From positions 1 through 49,594 of the forward strand of contig JBFFSH010000009.1 of assembly GCA_041572575.1 (NCBI GenBank): a stretch of DNA of 49,594 bases, given 5' to 3'. The translations under genes and the position numbers were made by a program. Position 1 is the first letter of the stretch; the number at the start of each line of letters is the position of its first letter. Origin of the DNA: Thermodesulfobacteriota bacterium (lineage in GTDB: Bacteria; Desulfobacterota_D; UBA1144; Nemesobacterales; N074bin48). The notes beneath the pieces are model-generated. The model saw only the letters and a list, made by a program, of their open reading frames with translations, did no database searches and was not told where the DNA came from. Positions 1 through 8,804 of the stretch are shown piece after piece.

Positions 1-95
1 GCTTTACATGCCGGCACTTCCAATACAAACATTTGTATTAGCTTGCTTATCTTACTATTTGATAGTTTTGTATTCTTAAGTAACTTCTTTTGCAT
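1..95 (-). CDS. IS1595-family transposase, N-terminal part (runs off the window; not in ORF track)
   Basis: Hand translation from ATG at 95: MQKKLLKNTKLSNSKISKLIQMFVLEVPACKA. This matches the recalled KLS..KI..LI..F.L...A..A start of IS1016-like transposases. Confidence 0.65.
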   Translation of the reverse strand, partial: MQKKLLKNTKLSNSKISKLIQMFVLEVPACK

Positions 96-135
96 AGTTT
101 CAGCTTAGTATACTTTGCTGTCCTATGCGAGCTCC
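1..135 (-). mobile_element. Left end of a probable IS1595-family (IS1016-like) insertion sequence, truncated by the window edge
   Basis: Minus strand from 135 reads GGAGCTCGCATAGGACAGC, resembling IS1016-type termini (GGGGCTG..CTAG). A transposase-like ORF starts 40 nt inside. The flanking AT-rich 8-mer AAAAAATA (136-143) is a candidate target-site duplication. Confidence 0.65.
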
Positions 136-764
136 AAAAAATATTATCAGTAGCAGTTTTTGTTTTATCATTAGGAGTAGTTGGAGTAAGTGATTCATTT
201 GCAGCTAAAGGTGGTAATGGCGACATTGCTAAAAACAAATCCTGGAGCGTTAATATTATTGCTTATGAAAACTGCCCAAAGAGCGAAAATGCTCAGCGTA
301 TAGCAGTACTTGCAAACTTTGTTGATGATGTAAAAACAGGAGACACATTTGCAGATTTAGATAGAAGAAATAAAATTTTCTTAGTACCCGGCGATGACTG
401 GAGAGTACTGGAAAGCAATGCCTGTGACGACGACGGTGCACTTCTTCAGCTTCCATCAGATGTGAGCATGGAATATGATGTATTCGTAAGACTAGTTGGA
501 AAACCTGGTAGTGGTATCTCCGCATATGCATGCGCACAGGATCCAACGCTTACTGACGATGACATTGTTTGTTCCTCAGCATTTGTTAAAACCAGATACA
601 CAGGTAAAGGCGAACCTAGTTTCACAAAAGCCACAAATGAACTCCTTAAAGTACAGGGAACACCTCTTTTTGACCCAAGCCTTTCAGATTATTTCTGGGT
701 ATGGAACACAAATGGCAGACCACATGCTCAGGTTTGGTTTGTAGACGCAGATGCAGGACTTTAA
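90..764 (+). CDS. Secreted hypothetical protein; native start probably removed by the IS insertion (authentic sequence begins ~136)
   Basis: KILSVAVFVLSLGVVGVSDSFA is a signal-peptide h/c-region. The TTG start at 90 lies inside the IS end. A strong terminator follows. Confidence 0.75.
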   Translation: MHSFSLVYFAVLCELQKILSVAVFVLSLGVVGVSDSFAAKGGNGDIAKNKSWSVNIIAYENCPKSENAQRIAVLANFVDDVKTGDTFADLDRRNKIFLVPGDDWRVLESNACDDDGALLQLPSDVSMEYDVFVRLVGKPGSGISAYACAQDPTLTDDDIVCSSAFVKTRYTGKGEPSFTKATNELLKVQGTPLFDPSLSDYFWVWNTNGRPHAQVWFVDADAGL

Positions 765-787
765 TATTTAATAATTAATAATTAATT

Positions 788-817
788 AAAAAGGGCCGGT
801 ATTTACCGGCCCTTTTT
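788..817 (+). terminator. Rho-independent terminator (potentially bidirectional)
   Basis: Perfect inverted repeat AAAAAGGGCCGGTA-TT-TACCGGCCCTTTTT, 23 nt after the stop at 764. Confidence 0.9.
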
Positions 818-848
818 CAATTCACTCATCTAACTATCAATTCAAATT

Positions 849-1880
849 TTGATAAATAAATTTCTATTATTACTATTATTTCTTAGCCCTCTCTTACTTA
901 CTGATATCAGTGCTGCTGATGTCACACTCAGCCAAAATAAAATTGAATTTGGTTCAGTTAACAGAGGCACTTTAGTAAAAAAGTCATTACAATTAAAAAA
1001 TAATGCAGATAAAGAACTGGCAGTTACATTAATTGAATTCACTATTCCGGGACTAATTGTAAAATCTAAAAAATCCATACACGCCAAATCTACAGGTGAA
1101 GTAACTATTGAGTTAGATACATCCACTTTTAATGGTGAAGTAAATGGACTTGCAAAACTTCACACGAATAATAAGAGTAATCCCGAAATACTAATTGGGA
1201 TATCTGGCAAAGTGGAATCAAGGTTTACATTTGATCCAAGAGAAGCAATTTTTTTAAGCGCTTTCAGATGGGAGACAGACAAAAAAGTAGGCTCCATTAT
1301 TCTTAAAAGCAGAGATGGTAAGCCTTTTGAGATTAAACAAGTGAAGGGTGATTCAGATCTGTTTACTGCACAATTTAGTAAAGATGAAAAAGAAAATACC
1401 TACAAAATTTCAGCCAAAATTAATCCTGAGTCAGAAGCCGGAATGACACAAAACAGTCTGTTAATAGAAACTGAGGATGAAAAAATCAGGATTCCTGTTT
1501 ATACATTTCTAAAAGAAAAAGTTTATGCAAATCCACCCGGGATAAACTATGGGGTTATTGATAAAAAGGAAATACTTGCTAAAAAAGAGCTTCTAAATTT
1601 TCTAAATCAATCTGTTTTTATATATAAACATAAGGGTGAAGATTTTAAAATCGAGTTTGAATCAGTTCCTGAATATCTGAGTATAAAAAGAACCCCCGAA
1701 CAAGGTTCTGCTTCAGTAATTAATATACCAAACCAGGGTAAAACAGCAGTCTTTGAAATAATTGTTACACCTAATATTGATAAAATAAAAATAGGTAAGT
1801 TCAACGATTCTATAAAACTAAAAACAAATGATAAGGATTTTCCTTCTATTGAATTCCCGGTATTTGGAGAGGTAATCTAA
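849..1880 (+). CDS. Secreted DUF1573-like tandem Ig-fold protein
   Basis: Signal peptide; IEFGSV...LKNNADKELAV...I.AKSTGEVTIELDT...LHTNN pattern; repeated beta-sandwich units ending in TND..P motifs. Confidence 0.7.
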   Translation: MINKFLLLLLFLSPLLLTDISAADVTLSQNKIEFGSVNRGTLVKKSLQLKNNADKELAVTLIEFTIPGLIVKSKKSIHAKSTGEVTIELDTSTFNGEVNGLAKLHTNNKSNPEILIGISGKVESRFTFDPREAIFLSAFRWETDKKVGSIILKSRDGKPFEIKQVKGDSDLFTAQFSKDEKENTYKISAKINPESEAGMTQNSLLIETEDEKIRIPVYTFLKEKVYANPPGINYGVIDKKEILAKKELLNFLNQSVFIYKHKGEDFKIEFESVPEYLSIKRTPEQGSASVINIPNQGKTAVFEIIVTPNIDKIKIGKFNDSIKLKTNDKDFPSIEFPVFGEVI

Positions 1881-1885
1881 ATATA

Positions 1886-3115
1886 CTATTTAGTAATCTT
1901 AAGCCTCACTTCCTCAATTGATCTTACTGTAGCCTTCTCAATTTTAAACTGAAGATTATTGTGTTTTATCTTTTCACTCACTCTGGGAATAGAGCCAAAT
2001 TTCATAAATAAAAATCCGCTAAGTGTTTCATAATCCCCTTCTCCCTCCGGAAGCTCAAGGCCAAGATCGTCGTTTATGACTTCTATTTCTATCTTAGGAT
2101 TCAATAGATATTCGTTGTCAGATATTTTTCTCCAAAATTTTGTACCCTTATCATATTCATCTTCGATCTCACCAACAACTTCTTCCAGTATATCCTCAAG
2201 TGTAACTGCGCCTATTGCCCCGCCGTATTCATCTACCACTATTGCCATCCCACCCTTTCCGGTCTTCATCTCATCCATAAGCTCATCGACTCTTTTGGAA
2301 TCAGGCACAAAGAACGGCGGCTGGGCATATATATTAATTTTGTCCGATGGCTCTGCACCCAGTATATAAAACGAGTGGAGCATCCCGGTAATATTATCTA
2401 TTCTTTCGCTGTATATTGGAATCCTTGAATGCCCCGTTTCATTGATAATTGCAATAGCCTCTTTAACTGTGGCATTTTCATCGATTGCTCTAACTTCAAT
2501 TAAAGGAATCATTATTTCATCCGCTGTGGTTTCAGAAAAACGGAATATCCTTTTTATTATTCGCTTCTTATTATCAGTTACCGGTTTTGATCTATCTCCC
2601 TCAATTACATTTATAAGCTCCTCTCTTGTTATAAAAGCGTTTTCAGTTTTACCAATTAGATTTAAAATCTTCCTCGTAAATACATTAACGACAAGCAGTA
2701 TCGGGTAGAAAACCTTTGAACCTACCCAGATAGGATAAATTGCCCAGAGTATGATGCTGTTTCTTCGTTTCTGAAATATGGCTTTAGGCACAACCTGCCC
2801 AAATATAACAATTAGTGGTGATAGAATGAGGACAGTATAAAGCTCACTTCCCTTGCCGTAATGTTTATGTATATAAAACGTCAGGATCACTGTGCTAGTG
2901 ATTAGTGAGAGGTTAATACCTACAAGCGTGGTACTTATAAATTTTTCAATATCTAAAAATGATTCTAGTACAAGCTTTGCCCTCTTGGATCCAGAATCGG
3001 CAAGTGATTTTATTACAGCCTTATCACATGATATAAGCGCTATTTCAGAGCCTGCAAAAAGCGCTTGTAGAAAAAGAAAAAAAGTTATTAATCCTATAAC
3101 TATCTCAAGCGACAT
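1886..3115 (-). CDS. Hemolysin/CNNM family protein (DUF21 + CBS pair + CorC/HlyC), putative Mg2+/Co2+ transporter
   Basis: [51 protein letters not shown] motifs. Confidence 0.93.
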   Translation of the reverse strand: MSLEIVIGLITFFLFLQALFAGSEIALISCDKAVIKSLADSGSKRAKLVLESFLDIEKFISTTLVGINLSLITSTVILTFYIHKHYGKGSELYTVLILSPLIVIFGQVVPKAIFQKRRNSIILWAIYPIWVGSKVFYPILLVVNVFTRKILNLIGKTENAFITREELINVIEGDRSKPVTDNKKRIIKRIFRFSETTADEIMIPLIEVRAIDENATVKEAIAIINETGHSRIPIYSERIDNITGMLHSFYILGAEPSDKINIYAQPPFFVPDSKRVDELMDEMKTGKGGMAIVVDEYGGAIGAVTLEDILEEVVGEIEDEYDKGTKFWRKISDNEYLLNPKIEIEVINDDLGLELPEGEGDYETLSGFLFMKFGSIPRVSEKIKHNNLQFKIEKATVRSIEEVRLKITK

Positions 3116-4454
3116 CTGCTACCTCACTCCTGTTGCGTTCAACTTTAATCTCCGCAATTCTTTTTTTAAAAATCTTATGAACTGTGAATATAATGTTGTT
3201 ATATTCAACCTGCTCACCCTCTTTTGGAAACCTTCCAAACTGATCAAATACAAATCCTCCAAGCGTTTCACTAAACTCCTCAGATGGAAGCTCAGAACGC
3301 TCAATTTCTTCAGATAGATTTTCTATGCCTCCATACCTAAGCACAGGAAACAGATAATTTTCATTAAATTCATCTATCTTTACGCTACCCGGGATAATAA
3401 ATCCATTTCCGTCACGACGTACAACCTTTTCTTTTATGACTCTTCTTTCGTCTTCTATCTCACCAAAAAGTTCTTCGAGTATGTCTTCCATTGTGAGAAT
3501 TCCATCCATCCTTCCATACTCATCAACTACGATAGCAAGATGCTTTCTTTCCTGCTGAAACTGTGTAAGAAGTTCGAATGCCATCTTTGTTCTTGGTACA
3601 AAGTTAGGCGGCCTTAGAATACTTTCGAGATTTGTACCGTTTATTTTTTCTGCATCAATAGATAACAGGTCCTTTGCATATAAAATTCCTATAATATTAT
3701 CCTTATCACCGCTGTATACCGGTATTCTTGAAAAGCCTGCCTTCTTGACCTCATAAACTGCGCTTTGAGGGGAGAGAAATGAAGGAAGGAAAAAACAATC
3801 GACAGCAGGAGTCATGATTTTATATGACGGTACTTTTTCAAGTTTAAAGAGGTTGTCTACAAGTCTGTTTTCAATGTCGGTTATAATTCCCTCATCGCTT
3901 CCAAGCCCAACAAGAGCCTTTACTTCATCTATTGAATAGCCTTTTTTATGCTCGTACTGTATATTTCCTCCAAATAACCTTGTAAACCCAATCGATAGAA
4001 TCATTATTACCCATCTTATCGGTGTAATGGCTATGTGAAATATATTAAGCGGATAGGAAATAATGCTTGCAAGAAGCCTTGGATACTTAACTCCAAGGGT
4101 TTTTGGACCAATTTCTCCAAGTAATAACAGACTTGGAGAAGCTATGGCAATGGAAATTAATGTAACATAGGTTTCAGGATAGCCTGTCATAAAACTGCCC
4201 ACTGTAAGTCCAATCACACTTGAGTAGGCAACGTTTACCACTTCATCTGCAAAAAGTATTGTAATAATAAGCTTAAATGGGTCTTTTAGCAGTCTCTGTA
4301 TAATTAATGAGCTTTTCCTGCCTTCTTTTAAAAGTTTGTCTATGTGATGTTTTTCCAGTGAAAATAAAGATCCCTCTGCTACGCAGAAAAACCCTGAAAG
4401 AAAAAGTAATAATAAAATTAAAATGATATTATAACTAAGCGATATATCTTCCAT
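3105..4454 (-). CDS. Hemolysin/CNNM family protein (DUF21 + CBS pair + CorC/HlyC), second paralog
   Basis: [61 protein letters not shown] motifs. Confidence 0.93.
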   Translation of the reverse strand: MEDISLSYNIILILLLLFLSGFFCVAEGSLFSLEKHHIDKLLKEGRKSSLIIQRLLKDPFKLIITILFADEVVNVAYSSVIGLTVGSFMTGYPETYVTLISIAIASPSLLLLGEIGPKTLGVKYPRLLASIISYPLNIFHIAITPIRWVIMILSIGFTRLFGGNIQYEHKKGYSIDEVKALVGLGSDEGIITDIENRLVDNLFKLEKVPSYKIMTPAVDCFFLPSFLSPQSAVYEVKKAGFSRIPVYSGDKDNIIGILYAKDLLSIDAEKINGTNLESILRPPNFVPRTKMAFELLTQFQQERKHLAIVVDEYGRMDGILTMEDILEELFGEIEDERRVIKEKVVRRDGNGFIIPGSVKIDEFNENYLFPVLRYGGIENLSEEIERSELPSEEFSETLGGFVFDQFGRFPKEGEQVEYNNIIFTVHKIFKKRIAEIKVERNRSEVADVA

Positions 4455-5441
4455 TTAAGCGGTAAAGTGAACAAACCCCCTTTTTTCTATCTCTTTTTTT
4501 GATCCGTCAGGATTTAATAAATTTATAGTTGCCTTATCTGTAATAGTTCCAATCTCTGTAATTTGAATCCCAATCTCTGCAGAAAGTGCTAAGATTTGGT
4601 CCTTGTTTTGTTTTTGTGACGTAAATAGAAGCTCATAATCCTCTCCACCGCTTATAGCTAATTCATATTTATCATCGCAATAATCTGATACTTGTTCTTT
4701 ATATTGTTTTGATAGAGGAATGCTTTCCATTTTTATGTCTGCACCTAATGCAAAATCTGTGCTAATTCTACTAAGGTCTAGAACAAGCCCGTCACTCACA
4801 TCTATCATCGAACTAACAAGCTTTCTTATTGCAAGTTCTTTGCCAAGCAATAGGCGTGGAGTAGGACAGTTGTGTCTGTTTATGAGAAAACTGTCACCAT
4901 TATGAAAATCCTTATTTCGTTCTAGAACTTTTACGCCAAGCGCAGAGTCTCCAAGAGTGCCGCTTACTAAAATCATATCTCCGGTAGATGCGCCCTCTCT
5001 TTTTACAACATTCTCTTTTTTCACTTCACCAAGTACCGTGATATCCACAAATAACTTGTCTGCCGAGGTTAAATTACCGCCTATTAGCTTTACAGAAAAC
5101 TCCTGTTCTGCGTCTTTAAAACCATCCATGAATTCATTCATGAAATTTTCATCCTCGTTCTCAGAAAACCCCGCCGTTGCTAAAATGTATCTGGCAGTGC
5201 CACCCATAGCGCCAATATCACTTACAGATACTGCCACGGCTTTTCTTCCAAGTTCTCTTGCAGAAATGCTATTTTTGGTGAAATGAACCCCTTGCACCTG
5301 AGAATCAGTTGTAGAAAGCAGATAATTATCCGGATTCGTGCAAACTGCGGCGGTATCATCCCCAATACCAATTGCCACACCTTCGTAGTTTTCTCCAAAA
5401 CGCTCTTTGATAAGCTTTAGAGCGCGCAGCTCATCTATCAT
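4455..5441 (-). CDS. thiL: Thiamine-monophosphate kinase
   Basis: GIGDDTA, GVHF, SDIGAMGG, LIGGN, GTLGDS, MIDVSDGL, GGEDYELLFT, GFVHF motifs. Confidence 0.95.
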   Translation of the reverse strand: MIDELRALKLIKERFGENYEGVAIGIGDDTAAVCTNPDNYLLSTTDSQVQGVHFTKNSISARELGRKAVAVSVSDIGAMGGTARYILATAGFSENEDENFMNEFMDGFKDAEQEFSVKLIGGNLTSADKLFVDITVLGEVKKENVVKREGASTGDMILVSGTLGDSALGVKVLERNKDFHNGDSFLINRHNCPTPRLLLGKELAIRKLVSSMIDVSDGLVLDLSRISTDFALGADIKMESIPLSKQYKEQVSDYCDDKYELAISGGEDYELLFTSQKQNKDQILALSAEIGIQITEIGTITDKATINLLNPDGSKKEIEKRGFVHFTA

Positions 5442-5587
5442 TGTTCATCCTCTGGATATAACTGTATTGGGTTGTGGATTAAGATTTATGAGAGCGGCAT
5501 TTGTATAATTACTATACAAACACCTGTTTCTACTTCGATATTTACCGTCTTCCATAATTAGATGGGTTTTCATACCCCATTAATTAA

Positions 5588-5616
5588 ATTCTAGTTCATT
5601 TGAGCGATTAAGTCAA
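5588..5616 (-). promoter_or_regulatory. Sigma70-type promoter for the thiL-CNNM-CNNM operon
   Basis: Minus strand TTGACT (5616-5611), 17-nt spacer, TAGAAT (5593-5588); implies a ~140-nt leader. Confidence 0.6.
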
Positions 5617-5673
5617 TGGCTTTTAAGGCTGGATGATTTAAATTCTTTCTGATTTATCAATAACTAGGGGCGC

Positions 5674-6237
5674 TTACCAATGCTCAGTACCCGAATCACC
5701 CTTAAATGGTCCCACTATATTAGAAGTAATCCAGCCACCATAGAAATCCCCTGCCTGGGGCACTACTTTTTCGTCTTCTATATAGCAGCCATCCACCCTG
5801 CCTGCAAAAAACGCAATATGATCTTTTATCTGCTCAAATCCCTCCCATGGTACTGGATAGCTCCATCCCGCGTTTTTGGAAATGTTTCCATCTACGTTTA
5901 TAGACCAGTATCTTGCGCTCCCCTTCCATTCGCAAAGTGTTTTATATGCACTCTTAAATAAAAAGTCCATCTGAATGTCTTCTTGTGGGATGTAGTAGCA
6001 TGGAGGGCTTGAGGTTTCCATGACCTTATAACTCTTGGTAGTTTCAGCTATCACTTTTCCGGCAAATTCAACCTTGATTTTCTTTGTAAATAGCTCTACT
6101 TTTGGAGGCCTTGGATAGTCCCATATTGATTCCTGCCCCGGGCCTTGTTTAATAATATTTTCAGGCCTCTTCCTTTCAAAATTTCGCCATTTATTTACTT
6201 CTTTTTCTAATTCTTTGGGTATTTCTGCCATAATCAT
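5674..6237 (-). CDS. DUF427 domain-containing protein
   Basis: ESIWDYPRPP, ETSSPP.YYIP, T.CEWKG.A.YW, AGWSYP, FYGGWIT..IVGPFKG signature. Confidence 0.9.
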   Translation of the reverse strand: MIMAEIPKELEKEVNKWRNFERKRPENIIKQGPGQESIWDYPRPPKVELFTKKIKVEFAGKVIAETTKSYKVMETSSPPCYYIPQEDIQMDFLFKSAYKTLCEWKGSARYWSINVDGNISKNAGWSYPVPWEGFEQIKDHIAFFAGRVDGCYIEDEKVVPQAGDFYGGWITSNIVGPFKGDSGTEHW

Positions 6238-6306
6238 ATATTTACTATCTGTTAATTATGATCATAAAGATGTTCAATTGATTCAATATTCATAAAAAAA
6301 TGCTAT

Positions 6307-7026
6307 TTACTCAATTTTAAAAACAATATTAACACTTGCACTTACTGTAAGTTCGCCCGCTTCAATTGGAGTAGGAATGGATTCGGCGGCCATGGTATTT
6401 GCAACCTTAAAATTCCGTCTTATAGGACTTGGGTAATGATATGAAGGAGATATGCTAAGAATTCTTACAATCTTTACACCCGCTGCACCTGCTACTACTT
6501 CTGCTGTGCTTCTGGCGTCCTTTACGGCTATTGCCAAGGCATCCTTTCTAACACTGTCTTTTTTTGATGCGCTAAAACTCACAGAACCAACATTATTTGC
6601 ACCCGCAGCAATAGATTTGTCTATTATTTCACCAAGTTTTTTAAGCATCTTTGTTTCAACATTCAGGCTGTTTGTAACGGTGTAGCCTTTAAGCTCAGAC
6701 TTCTTTGTGGTGTTGTTATATTCGTGGTAAGGGTTAAGGTTATAGCCTGTTGTAGTAACCTTATCTTCTTTGCCAATGATAGCCTTAATGGCATCTAGTA
6801 CTGCCTGTGTTTTAGAAGCATTTTGCTTAGCAGCTTCAGCCGCCGTTAGAGCTTTTGTTTCCACTGTTATGCTTACAAATGCTAAATCAGGCTCTATCAT
6901 TATTTCACCCTTTCCCGACACATTAAGCTTTGGTATAAATTCATCATCATCGTCTGCAAGCGTAACCTTGGCAAATGCCAGTACTAAAAACAATATATTT
7001 AGTGCTAAAAGCGTTTTCTTTATCAT
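6307..7026 (-). CDS. SIMPL (DUF541) domain periplasmic protein
   Basis: Signal peptide; VSGKGEI..EPDLA, GY.VTNSL.V, GAN.VG.VSF, A...AVKDAR, G.LTVSASV.IVF. Confidence 0.9.
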   Translation of the reverse strand: MIKKTLLALNILFLVLAFAKVTLADDDDEFIPKLNVSGKGEIMIEPDLAFVSITVETKALTAAEAAKQNASKTQAVLDAIKAIIGKEDKVTTTGYNLNPYHEYNNTTKKSELKGYTVTNSLNVETKMLKKLGEIIDKSIAAGANNVGSVSFSASKKDSVRKDALAIAVKDARSTAEVVAGAAGVKIVRILSISPSYHYPSPIRRNFKVANTMAAESIPTPIEAGELTVSASVNIVFKIE

Positions 7027-7066
7027 CGTTTATCTCCTTATAATTTATTATATTTAAACCAAACAA

Positions 7067-7783
7067 TCACAAAAGTGATGCAGCTTCTTTTAATTTCTCA
7101 TTACAATTCTCCAGAACAGGATCTCCATGTGCAACTAAAATTGCCTTCAAGTCTGTAATTTCAGAGAGATTTAGAAAAAGCTGTTTGATGGCCATCTTAT
7201 CTTTCATAAGAAGTTTTTCAAGCCAGGTAGGGCCAAAAAATCCCGTGCTCCCTATTTGTTTTAATATCCAGCCGTCTATTCCTTTTAGGTGCTGCATATT
7301 AAAAAGTAGGTCACAAAACACAAGCGCCTTACCTCCCGCAACATCAAGCTCATAGGCGAAGTCACCCGGTCTGAATCCCGTAGCTGTATGATACTCTATC
7401 CCTATCTCATCTGCTACATTTTCCACTAAAAAGTCTACTGGGATTTTTTTTTCTACATTTGCTTTAACTGTTGATGGGCAGATAACTTTTATATCTGGAT
7501 ATCTCTTTTTAAACAGCGGAGCATCCAGCTTGTGAAATTTATTTGGAACAATCATATACTCAGGTTTTCCAAGCTCCTCAACCTGCTGCATATACTCTTC
7601 TTTTAAAGCAACCGCGCTGTGTATCAATAGCCCTCTGCTGTCCAGCCTGTAAATAACCATATTTCTGGGGACGTTTCCGTGCGGCAGTGAGCCTGTCACA
7701 TACCAAAGCCTTTCATTGAGCTTTATTAACTCGCCATGCGGATGAACTTTTTTATTCCAGTTGTTAATCGCCTTGTTACTCAA
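7067..7783 (-). CDS. DUF4336-like metallo-beta-lactamase-fold protein
   Basis: RNMVIYRL..G.LLIHS, LG.P.Y.IVPNKFH, CDLLFN, VAHGD. Confidence 0.65.
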   Translation of the reverse strand: MSNKAINNWNKKVHPHGELIKLNERLWYVTGSLPHGNVPRNMVIYRLDSRGLLIHSAVALKEEYMQQVEELGKPEYMIVPNKFHKLDAPLFKKRYPDIKVICPSTVKANVEKKIPVDFLVENVADEIGIEYHTATGFRPGDFAYELDVAGGKALVFCDLLFNMQHLKGIDGWILKQIGSTGFFGPTWLEKLLMKDKMAIKQLFLNLSEITDLKAILVAHGDPVLENCNEKLKEAASLL

Positions 7784-7798
7784 AATAATAAATTTATC

Positions 7799-8260
7799 CT
7801 ATTCAGCTTTTTTAAAATTATAGCTCATTTCTGTTTTATCATCTTTTCTTAGAGCAAGTAGAGTAATCTCAATATCTTCTTTCAAAAACTTCAGAAAAAG
7901 CATACCGTTTCCCGACCCATTGATTACTTCCCATTGAGGATCGTTTTCCAGTACTTTATAGAAATCAGAGATTTGATTGAGATTATCTTTTGTTTCAAAC
8001 AGCCAGTACTGCTCGGCTCTTATTGGAGGCACCCAAGAAGTGGTTTTTGCAGCAGGATAAACCGGGATGATCTTTTCCAGGTCTGATTTGGCAGTGCCCT
8101 GCTTGTACAGCAAAAAACAAACAAATAACGCCAAGAATAAAAATATGACCGAAGCGCCTCTTAGTCCTATTCTTATCGAGGGCCAGGTATTAGGTCGGTT
8201 TGCTACTATGTAATAGACAACTGCAAGGACTATTAGGATTATTAGGAGTGCAAATAGCAT
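7799..8260 (-). CDS. Hypothetical membrane protein (2 N-terminal TM helices)
   Basis: 153-aa ORF co-oriented with neighbours; hydrophobic N-terminus; IPVYP...FET.D....I..FY motif. Confidence 0.7.
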   Translation of the reverse strand: MLFALLIILIVLAVVYYIVANRPNTWPSIRIGLRGASVIFLFLALFVCFLLYKQGTAKSDLEKIIPVYPAAKTTSWVPPIRAEQYWLFETKDNLNQISDFYKVLENDPQWEVINGSGNGMLFLKFLKEDIEITLLALRKDDKTEMSYNFKKAE

Positions 8261-8274
8261 TTATATGGAAGTAT

Positions 8275-8802
8275 TCATTTTGATAGTGTATCGCCCTCCC
8301 TGAGCTTATACCACTTTTCTGGATTAGGTTCTTCTGTTACTAATGGTAGTGAGTAAGGAAGTAGACACAAACCTTCTTTTGGAGATGTATCACAACACAT
8401 ATTTAGTGTTATATAAATTCTCCTGTTTTCTGTTCTATCAACTCTATCAATTGTTTCAGGACATACAGTTTCTGGCTTATCATTTACAAATAATAACCTT
8501 ATCGAACCGATTTCAAATGCCTTTGATTCTCTTGTGCTTTTGAATGGATATTTCCAAAATGATTCACTATTGATTATTTTAGCTGTAATGATAGTACCTA
8601 AAACACTTTTGTTTTGTTTGTCCATTCTTGAACTACCTTTTATATCATCGCCAAATGTTTGAAGAGTTGGAGATGAATAAAATGAAACTCCATTGCAATC
8701 TATTATTTGTACTTCGGATAATATATTATGTTTCGGCATACATTTAGCATAGGAAATAATGGGACTAAAAGTTATTATTAATAATAAGTAAAAATATTTC
8801 AT
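8275..8802 (-). CDS. Secreted hypothetical protein, Cys-containing
   Basis: Signal peptide MKYFYLLLIITFSPIISYA; six Cys including CCDT; 2-nt gap to the upstream ACP-like gene. Confidence 0.7.
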   Translation of the reverse strand: MKYFYLLLIITFSPIISYAKCMPKHNILSEVQIIDCNGVSFYSSPTLQTFGDDIKGSSRMDKQNKSVLGTIITAKIINSESFWKYPFKSTRESKAFEIGSIRLLFVNDKPETVCPETIDRVDRTENRRIYITLNMCCDTSPKEGLCLLPYSLPLVTEEPNPEKWYKLREGDTLSK

Positions 8803-8804
8803 AT

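Noticed and set aside
22..39. Perfect palindrome AATACAAA-CA-TTTGTATT as an operator
   Set aside because: It lies inside the transposase-like ORF, is very AT-rich and has no second copy in the window
81..135. Imperfect palindrome preceded by TAAC as an integron attC site
   Set aside because: No matching GTTRRRY end; better explained as an IS terminus with an AUG-sequestering hairpin
1886..4454. Tandem CNNM/CorC paralogs as a novelty
   Set aside because: Adjacent pairs of these genes are common in bacteria
5442..5673. TPP riboswitch upstream of thiL
   Set aside because: The hallmark CUGAGA and CCUGA...UAAU...GCG.AGGGA elements are not present
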